From positions 1 through 64,000 of IMG/VR virus record IMGVR_UViG_3300037067_027684: a stretch of DNA of 64,000 bases. The stretch is one strand, 5' to 3'. Both the position numbers and the translations under genes were made by a program. The notes below the pieces were generated by a model. That model was not told where the DNA came from, ran no database searches, and saw only the letters and a program-made list of their open reading frames with translations. How positions within the stretch are numbered: the stretch's first letter is position 1; every line of letters starts with the position of its first letter. Below, in pieces: positions 8,534 to 19,017 of the stretch. This DNA comes from a virus. Taxonomy: Duplodnaviria; Caudoviricetes.

Positions 8534-8770
8534 ATGAGTTTCGATAAATTACTTGATCAAGTTTTATTCGAAGGACGCGAAATTATTAAAGACGCGGATG
8601 GTAGAATTATAGGATTTTTTGAACAACGAAGTAATAAAGACATTGTGGTCTATAATGCTTCTAATAGACAGGTTGGTGTGGCAAATAATACTGGTACTTG
8701 GTTATATTCTGGTCGTAGAATTTCGATTAATAAGGAACCTGCGCTGTTGTTTGCTCAGATCAATATGTGA
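8534..8770 (+). CDS. small putative late protein
   Basis: CAAAAATA 5 nt before ATG; MSFDKLLDQVLFE N-terminus. Confidence 0.65.
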   Translation: MSFDKLLDQVLFEGREIIKDADGRIIGFFEQRSNKDIVVYNASNRQVGVANNTGTWLYSGRRISINKEPALLFAQINM

Positions 8771-9286
8771 TTAACTGACTGATTTTGCGAAAGCCATGGC
8801 CATTAATTTGGCGTCTTCTAAATTTTTCGCTTGGAATCCTTTTGGCATATTGCCTTCTAATGAAGAAGGACTGTCTAGTTCATCACCTATTTTATCGCCA
8901 ATTCCATAACCAAAAATGGCTCTGTGACTCCAGCCATAATACTTCTCATCTTTTGGACAGTAGCCAATAGTACAGCAGTTAGAATGTGATGTGCGCATTT
9001 GTGGTTTAATTCCGCGTTTATCGCATATTTCTTTAGCCATGTTTGGATCACCAACTAGATCACCCTCTTTGGTATATGCATTAATAATTTCTAATGGTTC
9101 TGCATTAGGTGGTCCATGCTCTCCTTGATCCCATAATTCAGTCCGTAATTCATATCCATTATGTGGTTCGATCTTAAGTACCTTGATGAGGGTAAAATCT
9201 TCGGTTAGATAGTATCTGCCTAAGGCATTGTCCAACAATCTTTTGAAGCTTCCTTTTGGTGGGGCAGTTTCATATAAAATGACCAT
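8771..9286 (-). CDS. conserved phage hypothetical protein
   Basis: IGY...KYYGWSHRAIFG..AMAFA motif; late motif 4 nt before ATG. Confidence 0.7.
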   Translation of the reverse strand: MVILYETAPPKGSFKRLLDNALGRYYLTEDFTLIKVLKIEPHNGYELRTELWDQGEHGPPNAEPLEIINAYTKEGDLVGDPNMAKEICDKRGIKPQMRTSHSNCCTIGYCPKDEKYYGWSHRAIFGYGIGDKIGDELDSPSSLEGNMPKGFQAKNLEDAKLMAMAFAKSVS

Positions 9287-9289
9287 ATA

Positions 9290-10255
9290 TTATATTTGCA
9301 GAATATGTGGTGAGATTTTTTCAAATTTGCGCCTAAGATATCTAAGAGAATTAAAATACAATATGCTTGCAATTTGGTTTGCTTGTGAACCTGTCCAGTA
9401 CACAGCATATATCGGACCATGTTTGCATGTTCGATTATTTGACAACACCATGCCGCACTCATTTTTAACTAATCGTCTAAGATGATATTTTACCCAATTC
9501 ACAACACATTCATACTTGTCGCAAAACCCCATGCGCAGATATTTTTGGTTGTGAGTCACAATGCCATCACCATCCCAAAGGCCACGTAAGAAATGTTTCA
9601 TATTAAGATTATTGATTTTGAATTTTTTAATTCTACCTGTTTTGAAATCAAACCAATGGTTTTTCCTATAAAAATCAGATAATTCTTTATTATTAATAAC
9701 CATATAACCACGACCAAACCATTTGCCTTGACATTTGATCATGGATTTTTTAGGTGGTATTGTGCTATTAAGATCCTTACTTAAATGATAAAGATGACCA
9801 ATATCTTTAACAGCAAGAGAGCATCGTATTCGATGTCTGTTTGAATATAGGTGACCATCTGCCAACAAAAAACCAAACCAATATGCTCCGATTTCGGAAG
9901 ACAAATCTTTAAGTCTAAAAACATCGATCTGGAATTTTCGTTGGCGTAGACTTCGATTTCTAATTAATATGCCTTCTTTAATCAAAGTATTTCTAATTAA
10001 AAATGGTGAGCATTTAAATCTAGAAGCTATTTTATAAGTACTTTGGCCGTCTAAGTATAGTTTACGAATCATACTTGTATTATTGATTTTTTTAATTGAT
10101 TTTGGTCTTATCTTAATATTATACTTAATCAGAATATTCTTAATGGTTGTCCAATCTTTATGATACTTGAATCCTAATTTACTCATTCCTATGCCAGATA
10201 AATAATCATTTATGATCTGGTTATTTATCCTATTTTGATCCTCTAATAACATCAT
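9290..10255 (-). CDS. LAGLIDADG homing endonuclease with N-terminal HTH repeats
   Basis: WFGFLLADG and FLRGLWDGDG. Confidence 0.9.
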   Translation of the reverse strand: MMLLEDQNRINNQIINDYLSGIGMSKLGFKYHKDWTTIKNILIKYNIKIRPKSIKKINNTSMIRKLYLDGQSTYKIASRFKCSPFLIRNTLIKEGILIRNRSLRQRKFQIDVFRLKDLSSEIGAYWFGFLLADGHLYSNRHRIRCSLAVKDIGHLYHLSKDLNSTIPPKKSMIKCQGKWFGRGYMVINNKELSDFYRKNHWFDFKTGRIKKFKINNLNMKHFLRGLWDGDGIVTHNQKYLRMGFCDKYECVVNWVKYHLRRLVKNECGMVLSNNRTCKHGPIYAVYWTGSQANQIASILYFNSLRYLRRKFEKISPHILQI

Positions 10256-10324
10256 ATGCTTTTCCTTTAATTTATATATTTGATCTTGAGCAAAGATACT
10301 ACGATAAAAAGAGGAGAAAAAAGA

Positions 10325-13120
10325 ATGTCAGTTCAATTTAAGATTCCACAAGTTTCGAATTTAGTGAACTGTCAGTTCTTTCAGGTTCCTGGGCCGTGTG
10401 GTGTCTTATCTGGATATGTTTACGATCAAAACACACAGACTCTTTATGCTAAAGAAAGCCAAGTAGTAATTCCTAGCCAACATGGCATGACACACATTGC
10501 TGAAGATTTAGTTCCATCAGCAACTTGTGATACACCAGGACTGATGGCTGCGGATGATAAATGTAAGTTAGATGCGCTATTACAAATGCGTATCGGGGTA
10601 TTAGGATTCCAAGGGGCGGGTTTCCCTGATGATGGCGGCTTTATGGTTGGTGATATTATCTTGGCAGCTGGTAGTGAATTCATTAGTCTTGAGAGAATTG
10701 GTAATACAGTTCGTTTTACTGTTGATTCACCAATTCCATTGAACTGTTCTTGTGAGACCTGTTCTCAAATCTTCTGGATACAAGACGAGTCTGAAGCTCG
10801 TGCTATACGCCCACCATCTTGCAATGGAATTATGCCAGATGTTTCGATGTATGGGGAATTGAAGGTTTATACCTTCCCAGAATCAATTATTGTTGATCCT
10901 AAAGACCCAATGAAGGCATTGAGTTTGAAAGGTAATTATCCGGCGTTTATCTTCAAGCGTTATGACAATGCAATTACTCCTTTTGAAAACCAATTGGAGA
11001 TGGTTCTCAAGAGAAATTCAAACGCGACTACTCAGACCGGTTGGTCAATGACACCAGGAACCAATAATCTTGCTGAATGTATTTGGTATACTGGTAAGGA
11101 CAAAAATGGTGGACAGATAACATTTGAATTCTTCTCTGAGACTGATCCAGGGATGTTGGGTGCCTTGCTCTATAGAGGTAATTTGTTAACCAAACAAATG
11201 GCGGTTGTGGTTGACTACCCATCAGATGTTCTATCAACTAATCGTTATACTTTGCGTAAATGGGATGTGAAAAATGCAGTACCAATTGGTGATCGTTTTA
11301 CTGCGATCAATGTTTGGAAATATAGCAATCCAGAGAATTCTGCGACTGCTATGACTAATCCAAAGACATTGACTTTGGATGCTACGGTTGATGTTCTTCC
11401 AATTGGTACTTTGGTTGATACTTGGGAATTCGAAATTAGTCGAACATCTGCTCAACGTATTGTTCGATACTTTATTAATAAGCAACCTCAAGCTACTCCG
11501 TCTTCAATGTGGAGTTTGGCTGCTGCTGTTCAGTTTGGTGATCTATTGACTGCTCGTGAAGAAATCAATGATCCTCAGACCAATACTGATATTTCAGCAG
11601 CCGAAATCAATGTCCCAGACGTTAGGTTGTTTGAACCAACAATCTGGGGTTTGAATAGTTTCGAAGATCGTCTGATTTTGTCAGACGACGGCGGTGAAGT
11701 TGAGGATAGTGCTGGTAATAAGGTTTACGAACCATCAGGCGAGCCAATCAATAATGATATTGTTGCCGATATTGATCCTACAATTCCTGGTTTGAGGATT
11801 CTTGAACAGACTAAGACTCTGGTTGGTGATATTAATCAGGATGGGATTATTGATGATAAAGACCTCCACGCGTTTATGTGTGTTTATGGTAGTGTTCGTG
11901 GTGATGGTCGTTACATCTCTGAGGCGGATTTCAATCAAGATGGTAAGATCGACATCAGAGATCTTGCATTGCTTGGCCAACAGTTTGATTTGGCGATTGA
12001 GAAAGTTCCGGATAGGCCGGTGTTCTTGTGGCATCGTGGTAACCATAGAAATGTGTTTGTTAAAGCCAAGATTGGTATGCCAGATGCTTCTGCTACTCGT
12101 TTCCCTCCATATGATTTTCTATTGTCAGCACCAGTTGACCATTTTGCTGACACTTATATGAAGGTTATTCGTCGTGGTGTGGTTATGACTGGTCCTTTTG
12201 CTGGCTCGCCTTTTATTGTGATTAAGGGTGTGCGTTGGATGGATTTACCTGCAGAGGGTGTGGTTAGGATTCTGTCTGGCGCATTCCGTGATGCTATTTG
12301 GCGTTATTATTTCAAGGCAGCTTTCTCACCTTGGGATGACAATGCTACGATGTTGATTGGTCGCACAGATGTCTTCCCATTTGATGAAGATTTCCCAATC
12401 ATCCAGAGTCCAAGTGATTGTGCTTCTTTCTGTCATAACGGCAGTGGTGGCGCTAATGGTGCTTCTTTCTGCGATTTTAGTGCTGGCACTGCAAGTCCTG
12501 GTGCCGCTGAGACTCCTACGAATACCACGGTTGTTGAATTATTGAGACAGGATTACACTTCACCGTGTGTTAGATTCCAATATTGTACTAATTATACTGC
12601 GGGTTCTGAGTCTGTTCAATTGCAGATTAAAGTTGGTATTCTTGATATGCACGTTCCTTATGAGTTAGAATATCCAGATGCTAAGGATGATTTGGTTCGT
12701 GGGTTAGCTCCAGGTTACGCAGTTAGTAAGGTCATGGTGCAGACTGGTTTCATCACTGACGGTATTGGCGATAATGTTAGTTCTGATCCGTCTGGGTTTA
12801 AGACGTTTGTTGGTGGTGAGTTAGCTGTTCCAGTTAGTGGTCAGACTGAGAAGTGGAATGAGGTCCAGATTCTCTTTAAGGATACCCAGATTTGGATTTG
12901 GTATAATGGGCTGCTTGTTAGTCCGGACCCGACTCTTTCTGCTCAGCTTGTTTCTCCAGTTGCTGTTAGTACTCCTTATTTCCCAATTAACCCTCAAATT
13001 AAGGTTGGTAAAGCTGCTCTTAGAATGTTCCCAGGAGCGATAGTTAGATCGATGGATGTCCTCGACCAGATTTCAGGATTCAATGAATATACCAATGGAC
13101 AATTGGAGTTGACCAGCTAA
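10325..13120 (+). CDS. large virion (tail/baseplate) protein containing a dockerin-like double EF-hand
   Basis: AT..GLM..DK.KLD fibre motif; GDINQDGIIDDKDL and ADFNQDGKIDIRDL; late motif 10291-10298. Confidence 0.7.
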   Translation: MSVQFKIPQVSNLVNCQFFQVPGPCGVLSGYVYDQNTQTLYAKESQVVIPSQHGMTHIAEDLVPSATCDTPGLMAADDKCKLDALLQMRIGVLGFQGAGFPDDGGFMVGDIILAAGSEFISLERIGNTVRFTVDSPIPLNCSCETCSQIFWIQDESEARAIRPPSCNGIMPDVSMYGELKVYTFPESIIVDPKDPMKALSLKGNYPAFIFKRYDNAITPFENQLEMVLKRNSNATTQTGWSMTPGTNNLAECIWYTGKDKNGGQITFEFFSETDPGMLGALLYRGNLLTKQMAVVVDYPSDVLSTNRYTLRKWDVKNAVPIGDRFTAINVWKYSNPENSATAMTNPKTLTLDATVDVLPIGTLVDTWEFEISRTSAQRIVRYFINKQPQATPSSMWSLAAAVQFGDLLTAREEINDPQTNTDISAAEINVPDVRLFEPTIWGLNSFEDRLILSDDGGEVEDSAGNKVYEPSGEPINNDIVADIDPTIPGLRILEQTKTLVGDINQDGIIDDKDLHAFMCVYGSVRGDGRYISEADFNQDGKIDIRDLALLGQQFDLAIEKVPDRPVFLWHRGNHRNVFVKAKIGMPDASATRFPPYDFLLSAPVDHFADTYMKVIRRGVVMTGPFAGSPFIVIKGVRWMDLPAEGVVRILSGAFRDAIWRYYFKAAFSPWDDNATMLIGRTDVFPFDEDFPIIQSPSDCASFCHNGSGGANGASFCDFSAGTASPGAAETPTNTTVVELLRQDYTSPCVRFQYCTNYTAGSESVQLQIKVGILDMHVPYELEYPDAKDDLVRGLAPGYAVSKVMVQTGFITDGIGDNVSSDPSGFKTFVGGELAVPVSGQTEKWNEVQILFKDTQIWIWYNGLLVSPDPTLSAQLVSPVAVSTPYFPINPQIKVGKAALRMFPGAIVRSMDVLDQISGFNEYTNGQLELTS

Positions 13121-13128
13121 ATAATTAA

Positions 13129-13680
13129 ATGAGATTAAAATCTCTTAGTGCTACTGCACATTGTTTTTCTTTATTTGAAAGTCGTGAGCAGGCTGTTAAG
13201 CTCATTTTTAATATAACTAAACAGATTGGTGTGCCTGCCATGGTAATTGGCGGAGCTGCATTACCTAATTATGGCTACAATAGATCAACCGAGGATATTG
13301 ATTTGGTAGTTACTGTTAGTGATGCTTATAAGTTAGGTGATGCATTGATTGCTTCTGGTTTTCAATTCATTGGTCATAATAAATTTCAACATTCTTCTGG
13401 TATTTTGATAAATCTTTGCCCTACTGGGACTAAAGCTGGGCATTCTGTGTTCCCTTTTATTGAAGATTCAAGTCCAGGTTTGAGATATGTTAGTCTTCCT
13501 AGGTTATTGGCCATGAAGATTTCGGCTAAGCGTCTTAAGGATCGTGGAGATTTTGGTGAATTGGTTAAGAGAAATAAGTTATCAAAAGAATATGTCGTGA
13601 ATAATGTTTTACCTTTGTTGTCTGATATTGATGGTAAGTGGGCTTTGGAATTATGGAAACAGGCTGTAAGTGAAATATAA
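13129..13680 (+). CDS. Pol-beta-fold nucleotidyltransferase
   Basis: VIGGAAL..YGYNRSTEDIDL..LLAMKI..R.KD..D. Confidence 0.8.
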   Translation: MRLKSLSATAHCFSLFESREQAVKLIFNITKQIGVPAMVIGGAALPNYGYNRSTEDIDLVVTVSDAYKLGDALIASGFQFIGHNKFQHSSGILINLCPTGTKAGHSVFPFIEDSSPGLRYVSLPRLLAMKISAKRLKDRGDFGELVKRNKLSKEYVVNNVLPLLSDIDGKWALELWKQAVSEI

Positions 13681-13695
13681 ATATGGAGATCATTT

Positions 13696-14202
13696 ATGGT
13701 TCTTACTGAGTTGAAAATTGATTTGGCTTTAAATGGCTTTAGTCAATCTGGGGTTGGTTTCTTTACTTATCAATTGAATAGATGTGGAATTAGAATAACT
13801 GAGGAGAAGGTCTGTGAATTATTGTGTGTTAATGAGGCATTTGATGGTCAAACCAGATCTGTATTAGACAAGGTTGTTAACATCCTAATTCCAAAGGTCC
13901 CTGCTGGAGATGTTCCAACAGCTGAGACTATATATTCAGTTATCAATGGAATTCTAAAACAGGCTCCAGGTTTAGCAAGCAGATTTGACCCTCAGAATAT
14001 GGCTAAGTTGGTTGATTTTATAATTGATAATTGGAATGATTTGACGATGGTTGCTGATATTCCAGACGAGAGTGAACCGGTTGATATGCCTGATGTTCCG
14101 AAAGTTGGACCAAAGATTGTTTCTACTCAAGTGCCTGGGTATGTTGGTGATTGGCCTGCTGGTAGTAGGAGGGTATCTCGACATTATCGTGGTGAGAGAT
14201 AA
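13696..14202 (+). CDS. hypothetical protein
   Basis: TATAAATA plus GGAG upstream. Confidence 0.65.
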   Translation: MVLTELKIDLALNGFSQSGVGFFTYQLNRCGIRITEEKVCELLCVNEAFDGQTRSVLDKVVNILIPKVPAGDVPTAETIYSVINGILKQAPGLASRFDPQNMAKLVDFIIDNWNDLTMVADIPDESEPVDMPDVPKVGPKIVSTQVPGYVGDWPAGSRRVSRHYRGER

Positions 14203-14249
14203 TTCAGTTGTGTTGATGTTATGATATTATCTGTCATAGGAGGTGGAAC

Positions 14250-14435
14250 ATGCAAGTTTCTCTTTCGAAGGAAACGATTGAAGAAGTTAGTAAACAAATC
14301 GCAAAAGATCTCACTGAATGGGCTGAGAAGGAGCATGTTGATTTGGCTGAGGTATTTAATCGACTATGTGAACAAGCAGGTGAATATAATAAGGCGCATC
14401 CTAAGAAAATTAAACACGAAGCAGAGCTTAATTAA
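14250..14435 (+). CDS. 61-aa protein, tandem copy 1
   Basis: AGGAGGTGGAAC-ATG; paralog of next ORF. Confidence 0.75.
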   Translation: MQVSLSKETIEEVSKQIAKDLTEWAEKEHVDLAEVFNRLCEQAGEYNKAHPKKIKHEAELN

Positions 14436-14446
14436 GGAGGTGGAAC

Positions 14447-14632
14447 ATGACAGTTAGAATTCCGAAAGAGAAACTGATCGAAGCTGGTAATAAAATAGCA
14501 AAAGAACTTACTGAGTGGGCTGAGAAGGAACATATTGATTTGGCTGCGGTATTTGGTAGATTATGTGATTATGCTGACGAGCATAATCGAACACATCCTA
14601 AGGAAATTAAGCACGATCCGGAGCTTAATTAA
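14447..14632 (+). CDS. 61-aa protein, tandem copy 2
   Basis: same RBS context; shares IAK.LTEWAEKEH.DLA.VF.RLC..HPK.IKH..ELN. Confidence 0.75.
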   Translation: MTVRIPKEKLIEAGNKIAKELTEWAEKEHIDLAAVFGRLCDYADEHNRTHPKEIKHDPELN

Positions 14633-14648
14633 TTTCAAAAATATCTAT

Positions 14649-15419
14649 ATGAGCACTTTCTCCGAACGTCTTGATGAAGCCATTAAATCGGAGATACTAC
14701 CCAAAAAGTTGATCAATAAATTTAATCAAAGGACGCAGAAGCATATAGATCGTGTTGTTAGGAATGCTGAGAAATTAAATAAGAAATTTCCAGACAAATT
14801 CAAAGGTTTGGTCGAACAAGCTAAGAAGCATGATGCGTCAAAGTTTAAAGAACCCGAATTTACACCTTATGTGTGGTTGACTGAATTTTATGATTGTAAG
14901 AAGCGTGGAGTCAGTTTTGAATATCCAGAAGGTATGAAGGATAGGGTTGATGAGGTAACATTGCGCCATATTACCAGCAATCGCCATCATGCTGAATTCC
15001 ATGATCCTTCTAAGGACGAGATGGAGTTGGGTAATAATCGTAGTCTAGAGGAGACGTGTGACTCTTCTTCTATGCCTGAAGTTGATCTTGCTGAGATGGT
15101 TTGTGATTGGGCGGCTATGAGTCAAGAGTTGGGTGATTCTCTAACTGGTTGGGCTGACAAGAATATTGGTAAGAGGTGGAAATTTAGTGACAAGCAGGTT
15201 GATTTGATCTATGAGTTGATTGATGTTTTAGAGGGTGGTAAAACTTTGGATGAGGCTTTGTGGCCTTTTAAGCCTACTCCTACTGAGGAATATCCATCTT
15301 CTGAGATACCTGATCCTATTGAGCCTTGTATTGAGTTTAGTGATAGCTTCTTTGAGGAGCTATCTTTATATCCTCATGATGAGCCTGATTTGCCTGATGA
15401 TGCTGATGATGATTTATAA
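14649..15419 (+). CDS. HD-like phosphohydrolase (DUF5662-like)
   Basis: HIDRV..HDASKF..H...NRHH.E.H..EMVCDW; late motif 5 nt before ATG 14649. Confidence 0.75.
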   Translation: MSTFSERLDEAIKSEILPKKLINKFNQRTQKHIDRVVRNAEKLNKKFPDKFKGLVEQAKKHDASKFKEPEFTPYVWLTEFYDCKKRGVSFEYPEGMKDRVDEVTLRHITSNRHHAEFHDPSKDEMELGNNRSLEETCDSSSMPEVDLAEMVCDWAAMSQELGDSLTGWADKNIGKRWKFSDKQVDLIYELIDVLEGGKTLDEALWPFKPTPTEEYPSSEIPDPIEPCIEFSDSFFEELSLYPHDEPDLPDDADDDL

Positions 15420-15458
15420 TTTGTCATATTGTGATATTATTTCTATGAAAGGAGACTT

Positions 15459-15953
15459 TTGATGAGTGACGACTTTCTTAAACGTCTTGAGGGTACTTTG
15501 AAGGAGGATCGGCGTCCTAAACTTGGTATTTGGTATTATTTGTGGTTGAAGCCCGAATGGAAGTTGTGGCATTATGAATATACTGATTTGGACAAGAATC
15601 TTTCGCATTATGAAGCTTGGCAGGTTTTGGCTGTCGATGTTGCTAAACATTATGGTATTATTGACCAATCAAAGATTGATGCTTTGAAGGAGGCTTATTT
15701 GTGCATGCCTCGTGGTAGAGTAGATTCTAGTCAGGGTTTGAATTTGACTCCTACCGTTGAATGGTATGGAATTTTCCATGGCAATGATTTTCCTAAGCCT
15801 CAATCTGCTGAGGTTAAGAAGATTATTGGTTTGTTTGATTTGACTAGTTTGTTATTTGCTGAAAAGGTTCGTGTGATACAGGTTGAGCATGAGATGATGG
15901 ACAGTGATCATCAGAATATTGCTAAGGGCATTTTGGGTGAAATTCCGTATTAG
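15459..15953 (+). CDS. hypothetical protein, paralog of convergent ORF
   Basis: GIWYY..H...W..MPRGRV..HG.D..EHE. Confidence 0.75.
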   Translation: MMSDDFLKRLEGTLKEDRRPKLGIWYYLWLKPEWKLWHYEYTDLDKNLSHYEAWQVLAVDVAKHYGIIDQSKIDALKEAYLCMPRGRVDSSQGLNLTPTVEWYGIFHGNDFPKPQSAEVKKIIGLFDLTSLLFAEKVRVIQVEHEMMDSDHQNIAKGILGEIPY

Positions 15954-16462
15954 ATTGGTATTCCGAGTTGTTTGAGTTTGTCATGATGTGTTTGGTTGGG
16001 TTTCTCGTGATTGTGTTCGAATATTTGTAAATTCTCTGGTGATAGGTTGAATTCTCTTTGGACTTGTTCTAGCCAGTTTTTGGTTGGTGAATCTCCACCA
16101 TGCCAGAGTATCATCTTTTGGTCTTCTGTTTTGAAGATTCGTCCTCTTGGTAATCCATATGGGCATTGTTTGATTTGGTCTAGTTTTTCTCGTAAGTTAT
16201 ATAATTCTGATAATTCTTCTGCTAGGAATTCGTTCCATATTATGTGGTGTATTGTTTTTTCGCCGTAGAATTCTTCCCAGAATGGGTATAGGCTCCATTG
16301 TTCTTGGTTTAATGGTATCCAGTAATATATTCCGGCTTGTGGTTGAGTGTCTTCTATTAGGGTTTTTGATTTTTCTTGTTCATATAGTCTGATTGATGTT
16401 TTGATTTTGTGTGCTAGTGGGTCTTGGAGTGCTGTGTTTAGTTGTTTTAGGAAGTTGGTCAT
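15950..16462 (-). CDS. hypothetical protein, paralog of convergent ORF
   Basis: GIYYW..H...W..LPRGRI..HG.D..NHE. Confidence 0.75.
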   Translation of the reverse strand: MTNFLKQLNTALQDPLAHKIKTSIRLYEQEKSKTLIEDTQPQAGIYYWIPLNQEQWSLYPFWEEFYGEKTIHHIIWNEFLAEELSELYNLREKLDQIKQCPYGLPRGRIFKTEDQKMILWHGGDSPTKNWLEQVQREFNLSPENLQIFEHNHEKPNQTHHDKLKQLGIPI

Positions 16463-16475
16463 ATTTTTATTTATA

Positions 16476-16503
16476 TTGACAGTAGTTATTTTTGTGGTAA
16501 TAT
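16476..16503 (+). promoter_or_regulatory. host sigma70-type promoter
   Basis: TTGACA-16 nt-TAATAT with extended -10 TG. Confidence 0.55.
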
Positions 16504-16524
16504 ATGATTAAGGAGGATTTGATT

Positions 16525-17133
16525 ATGCGATTTCTTTTGGTGTTTTTGGTTTTGGTTGGCGTAGTTTTGGGGGCGGAAGAGAAGCCTAAATTGAAGGCTG
16601 AGGTTGAGTATGAGAAGCAGGTTGCTGTTGCTGCTGCTGAGTTTGAGAAGCAGATTCAGTTGGCTAAGATGCGGTTGATCTATGCTCTTCGTGAGGAATT
16701 GAAGAAGGCTGCTGCGGTTACTCCGGTTGCTGATACTGATTTGATTGCTCAGTTGGGTGCTCGGATTAAGGAGTTGGAGGCTAACACCAAGCCTGTTGAA
16801 GTAGTGAAAGATGACCCAATCAAATTTTCTAATTTCATTGGGACTTATAAAGGTCCGGTTATGGGAAAGGAAGGTAGTTATCGAATTACCTATGATAAGG
16901 GAGTTTATGTGCTAGAAGAGTTGGTACCACACCAGTTTAAATCCGTCAATTCTATTACTTTTAAGAATCTTCTCTTGTTTCAATGGCCAAATAATGAGGA
17001 TTTGATTTCGGTTGAGTTGATTGGCAATTCAATAACTTTTATATGTTGGAAACATGGTTCTCAAGGCGGTCTAATCGCCAAACAGCCGTCGGGAGAGTAT
17101 TGGTGGAAATCTGTTATGAAGAAGGTTAATTAG
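16525..17133 (+). CDS. secreted/periplasmic protein
   Basis: MRFLLVFLVLVGVVLGAEE signal peptide, coiled-coil; AGGAGG RBS. Confidence 0.7.
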   Translation: MRFLLVFLVLVGVVLGAEEKPKLKAEVEYEKQVAVAAAEFEKQIQLAKMRLIYALREELKKAAAVTPVADTDLIAQLGARIKELEANTKPVEVVKDDPIKFSNFIGTYKGPVMGKEGSYRITYDKGVYVLEELVPHQFKSVNSITFKNLLLFQWPNNEDLISVELIGNSITFICWKHGSQGGLIAKQPSGEYWWKSVMKKVN

Positions 17134-17819
17134 AAATACTTGTTGAAATCGGAACGCATGATATCGTGCGCTCCGTTATAATAATGAGCAATAATTGTAT
17201 TGTCGTGTTTGAGATATGAGATTTTATCGGTTAAAATGAAGTTGATGTGATTGTTATATAACATAATATTTAATATTACCTGATCTGCATGATGTACTTT
17301 AGAATTACCGCCAGTTTTATCGTAGAGTCGTAACCAATCATCGAGAAGAGAATATATCTTTGATGATAACGCAAAGACACCACAACAAGCTCCTGGGAAA
17401 TCTCCATTGATTTCTGTTTTGATTCCATAATCCTTTGGCCAGCTTCTCATTTTATTGATGTTGCCATTAAATGATAATCCATCTTTTTGCACCACAATGT
17501 CGTGAGTCAATAATTTTCGAATATCTCCAAATACTAAACAATCCGCGTCGATATACACAATCCATTCATAAGCATTGATGTCAATTAAATTATTGACATC
17601 AATGCGCAATCGTACTGGGTCAGATCCGTATTTTTCATCTAGGATGGTAAGCTTATATCCTTGTTTTAAACAACTCAATTTTAACATGTTTGCTAGTTGA
17701 TGATAATGAGCACCAATTGCTGCGGTGTAGACCAATATTGGTTTCTCTTGTGTAATGATTTTGGGTTTAAATGGATAAGGATTGGTTTTATTTAATTTGC
17801 GTCTGAATTTGTCGATCAT
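17130..17819 (-). CDS. GT-A glycosyltransferase (GT8-like)
   Basis: VYIDADC, GVF, DQVILN, IAHY. Confidence 0.75.
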   Translation of the reverse strand: MIDKFRRKLNKTNPYPFKPKIITQEKPILVYTAAIGAHYHQLANMLKLSCLKQGYKLTILDEKYGSDPVRLRIDVNNLIDINAYEWIVYIDADCLVFGDIRKLLTHDIVVQKDGLSFNGNINKMRSWPKDYGIKTEINGDFPGACCGVFALSSKIYSLLDDWLRLYDKTGGNSKVHHADQVILNIMLYNNHINFILTDKISYLKHDNTIIAHYYNGAHDIMRSDFNKYF

Positions 17820-18760
17820 ACCTTAATCCTTTGATCTATAACCTTATTACTTAAAATCGTTAATAGTTCCCTACACTCACTCTCAAATTTGAATCCATTA
17901 ATCACCTTATTCTTATTTGTCAAAGACCATTTATCCATATTCCGATGCTGAAAAATAACAGCCCCAGAAGGGTCATGTTGAACCATAGTAGAATCAATGC
18001 CCTTCATAATAGGACACATCATATAGGGCTGATTCAACCTCCTCCAAGCTAGATGATAAGTCTCCTTGTCACCATGAACATACTTATAATAAAAAGGCGA
18101 CCTTTCATTATAGAACAAAGTTAGCATCAAAGCCTTCCAACATTTAGCCTTATTCACCAGAATTTGACCAGACTCAAATTCTGGCTCATCACGATAAGTA
18201 ATATCACAAATACCCCAAATTGGACGATCAGAGCCAAGTCTATTAAAATCAGGCCAGAACATCGCACCCAAAGCTTTATATTTAACATCATCAAATAAAA
18301 ATTCGGGATTTTTCACAGGTAAATTATCAGCATCTAAGTACAATACCTCTTGATATGGAGAATAAACAATCGAATATGGCTTTGCCTCCCAACCTCGGAG
18401 GTTATCCATTGGGTGTACTTTCTTGACTTCTTCAATATCAATCCAAGTAACTCCCAGATTGTTGAAAATCTCTTGAACATTCTTTGGTGCTTCTTTCTCT
18501 CCGAAGTGCCAGATCTGTATCGGGAGTTTACAACCGAATCTCCTTAACATGTTGATGGTAATCCAGGCACCTGGTAGGTACTTCCAACCACCAGCACACA
18601 TTACGATCCCACGGTTAGAATATGTGTTTGGGTATGGGTGCGATTTGGAGATGAATTCTCTGGCTTCGCGTTTTTGTTTTGTAATTTCGTCTTCTACTGC
18701 GGCTGGTTTAGGCGCAATTGTGACTGGTACGCGGTTAATTTTAGCAGCGAATTTGTCCAT
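17816..18760 (-). CDS. GT71/MNN2-like alpha-mannosyltransferase
   Basis: RGIVMCAGG, LPIQIW, KPYSI.YSPYQEVLYLDADN, FWPD, FESGQ, GDKET..LAW; start uncertain (18760 or 18841). Confidence 0.85.
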   Translation of the reverse strand: MDKFAAKINRVPVTIAPKPAAVEDEITKQKREAREFISKSHPYPNTYSNRGIVMCAGGWKYLPGAWITINMLRRFGCKLPIQIWHFGEKEAPKNVQEIFNNLGVTWIDIEEVKKVHPMDNLRGWEAKPYSIVYSPYQEVLYLDADNLPVKNPEFLFDDVKYKALGAMFWPDFNRLGSDRPIWGICDITYRDEPEFESGQILVNKAKCWKALMLTLFYNERSPFYYKYVHGDKETYHLAWRRLNQPYMMCPIMKGIDSTMVQHDPSGAVIFQHRNMDKWSLTNKNKVINGFKFESECRELLTILSNKVIDQRIKV

Positions 18761-19017
18761 ATTGTTATTTATGTAACTAAATATATGCCTAATTATCCAG
18801 AAAGATCCTACAGCGAAGTTTTTGCTAAAATTATGAATCAAATCGAAGGTAATGATAAAGTTGTCTTACAAGCTTGGTCTAAACTCATTGAGGAGGACAC
18901 AAATAATTTTGTTAGTCTTATAAGAAAATTGAGTGACAAAACTGGGTTGAGTAGAAAAGAGATTAGTGAATCGTTGAAGAGACTTAGGATTAAGTTAATC
19001 CGAGAATCTTCTTGATT

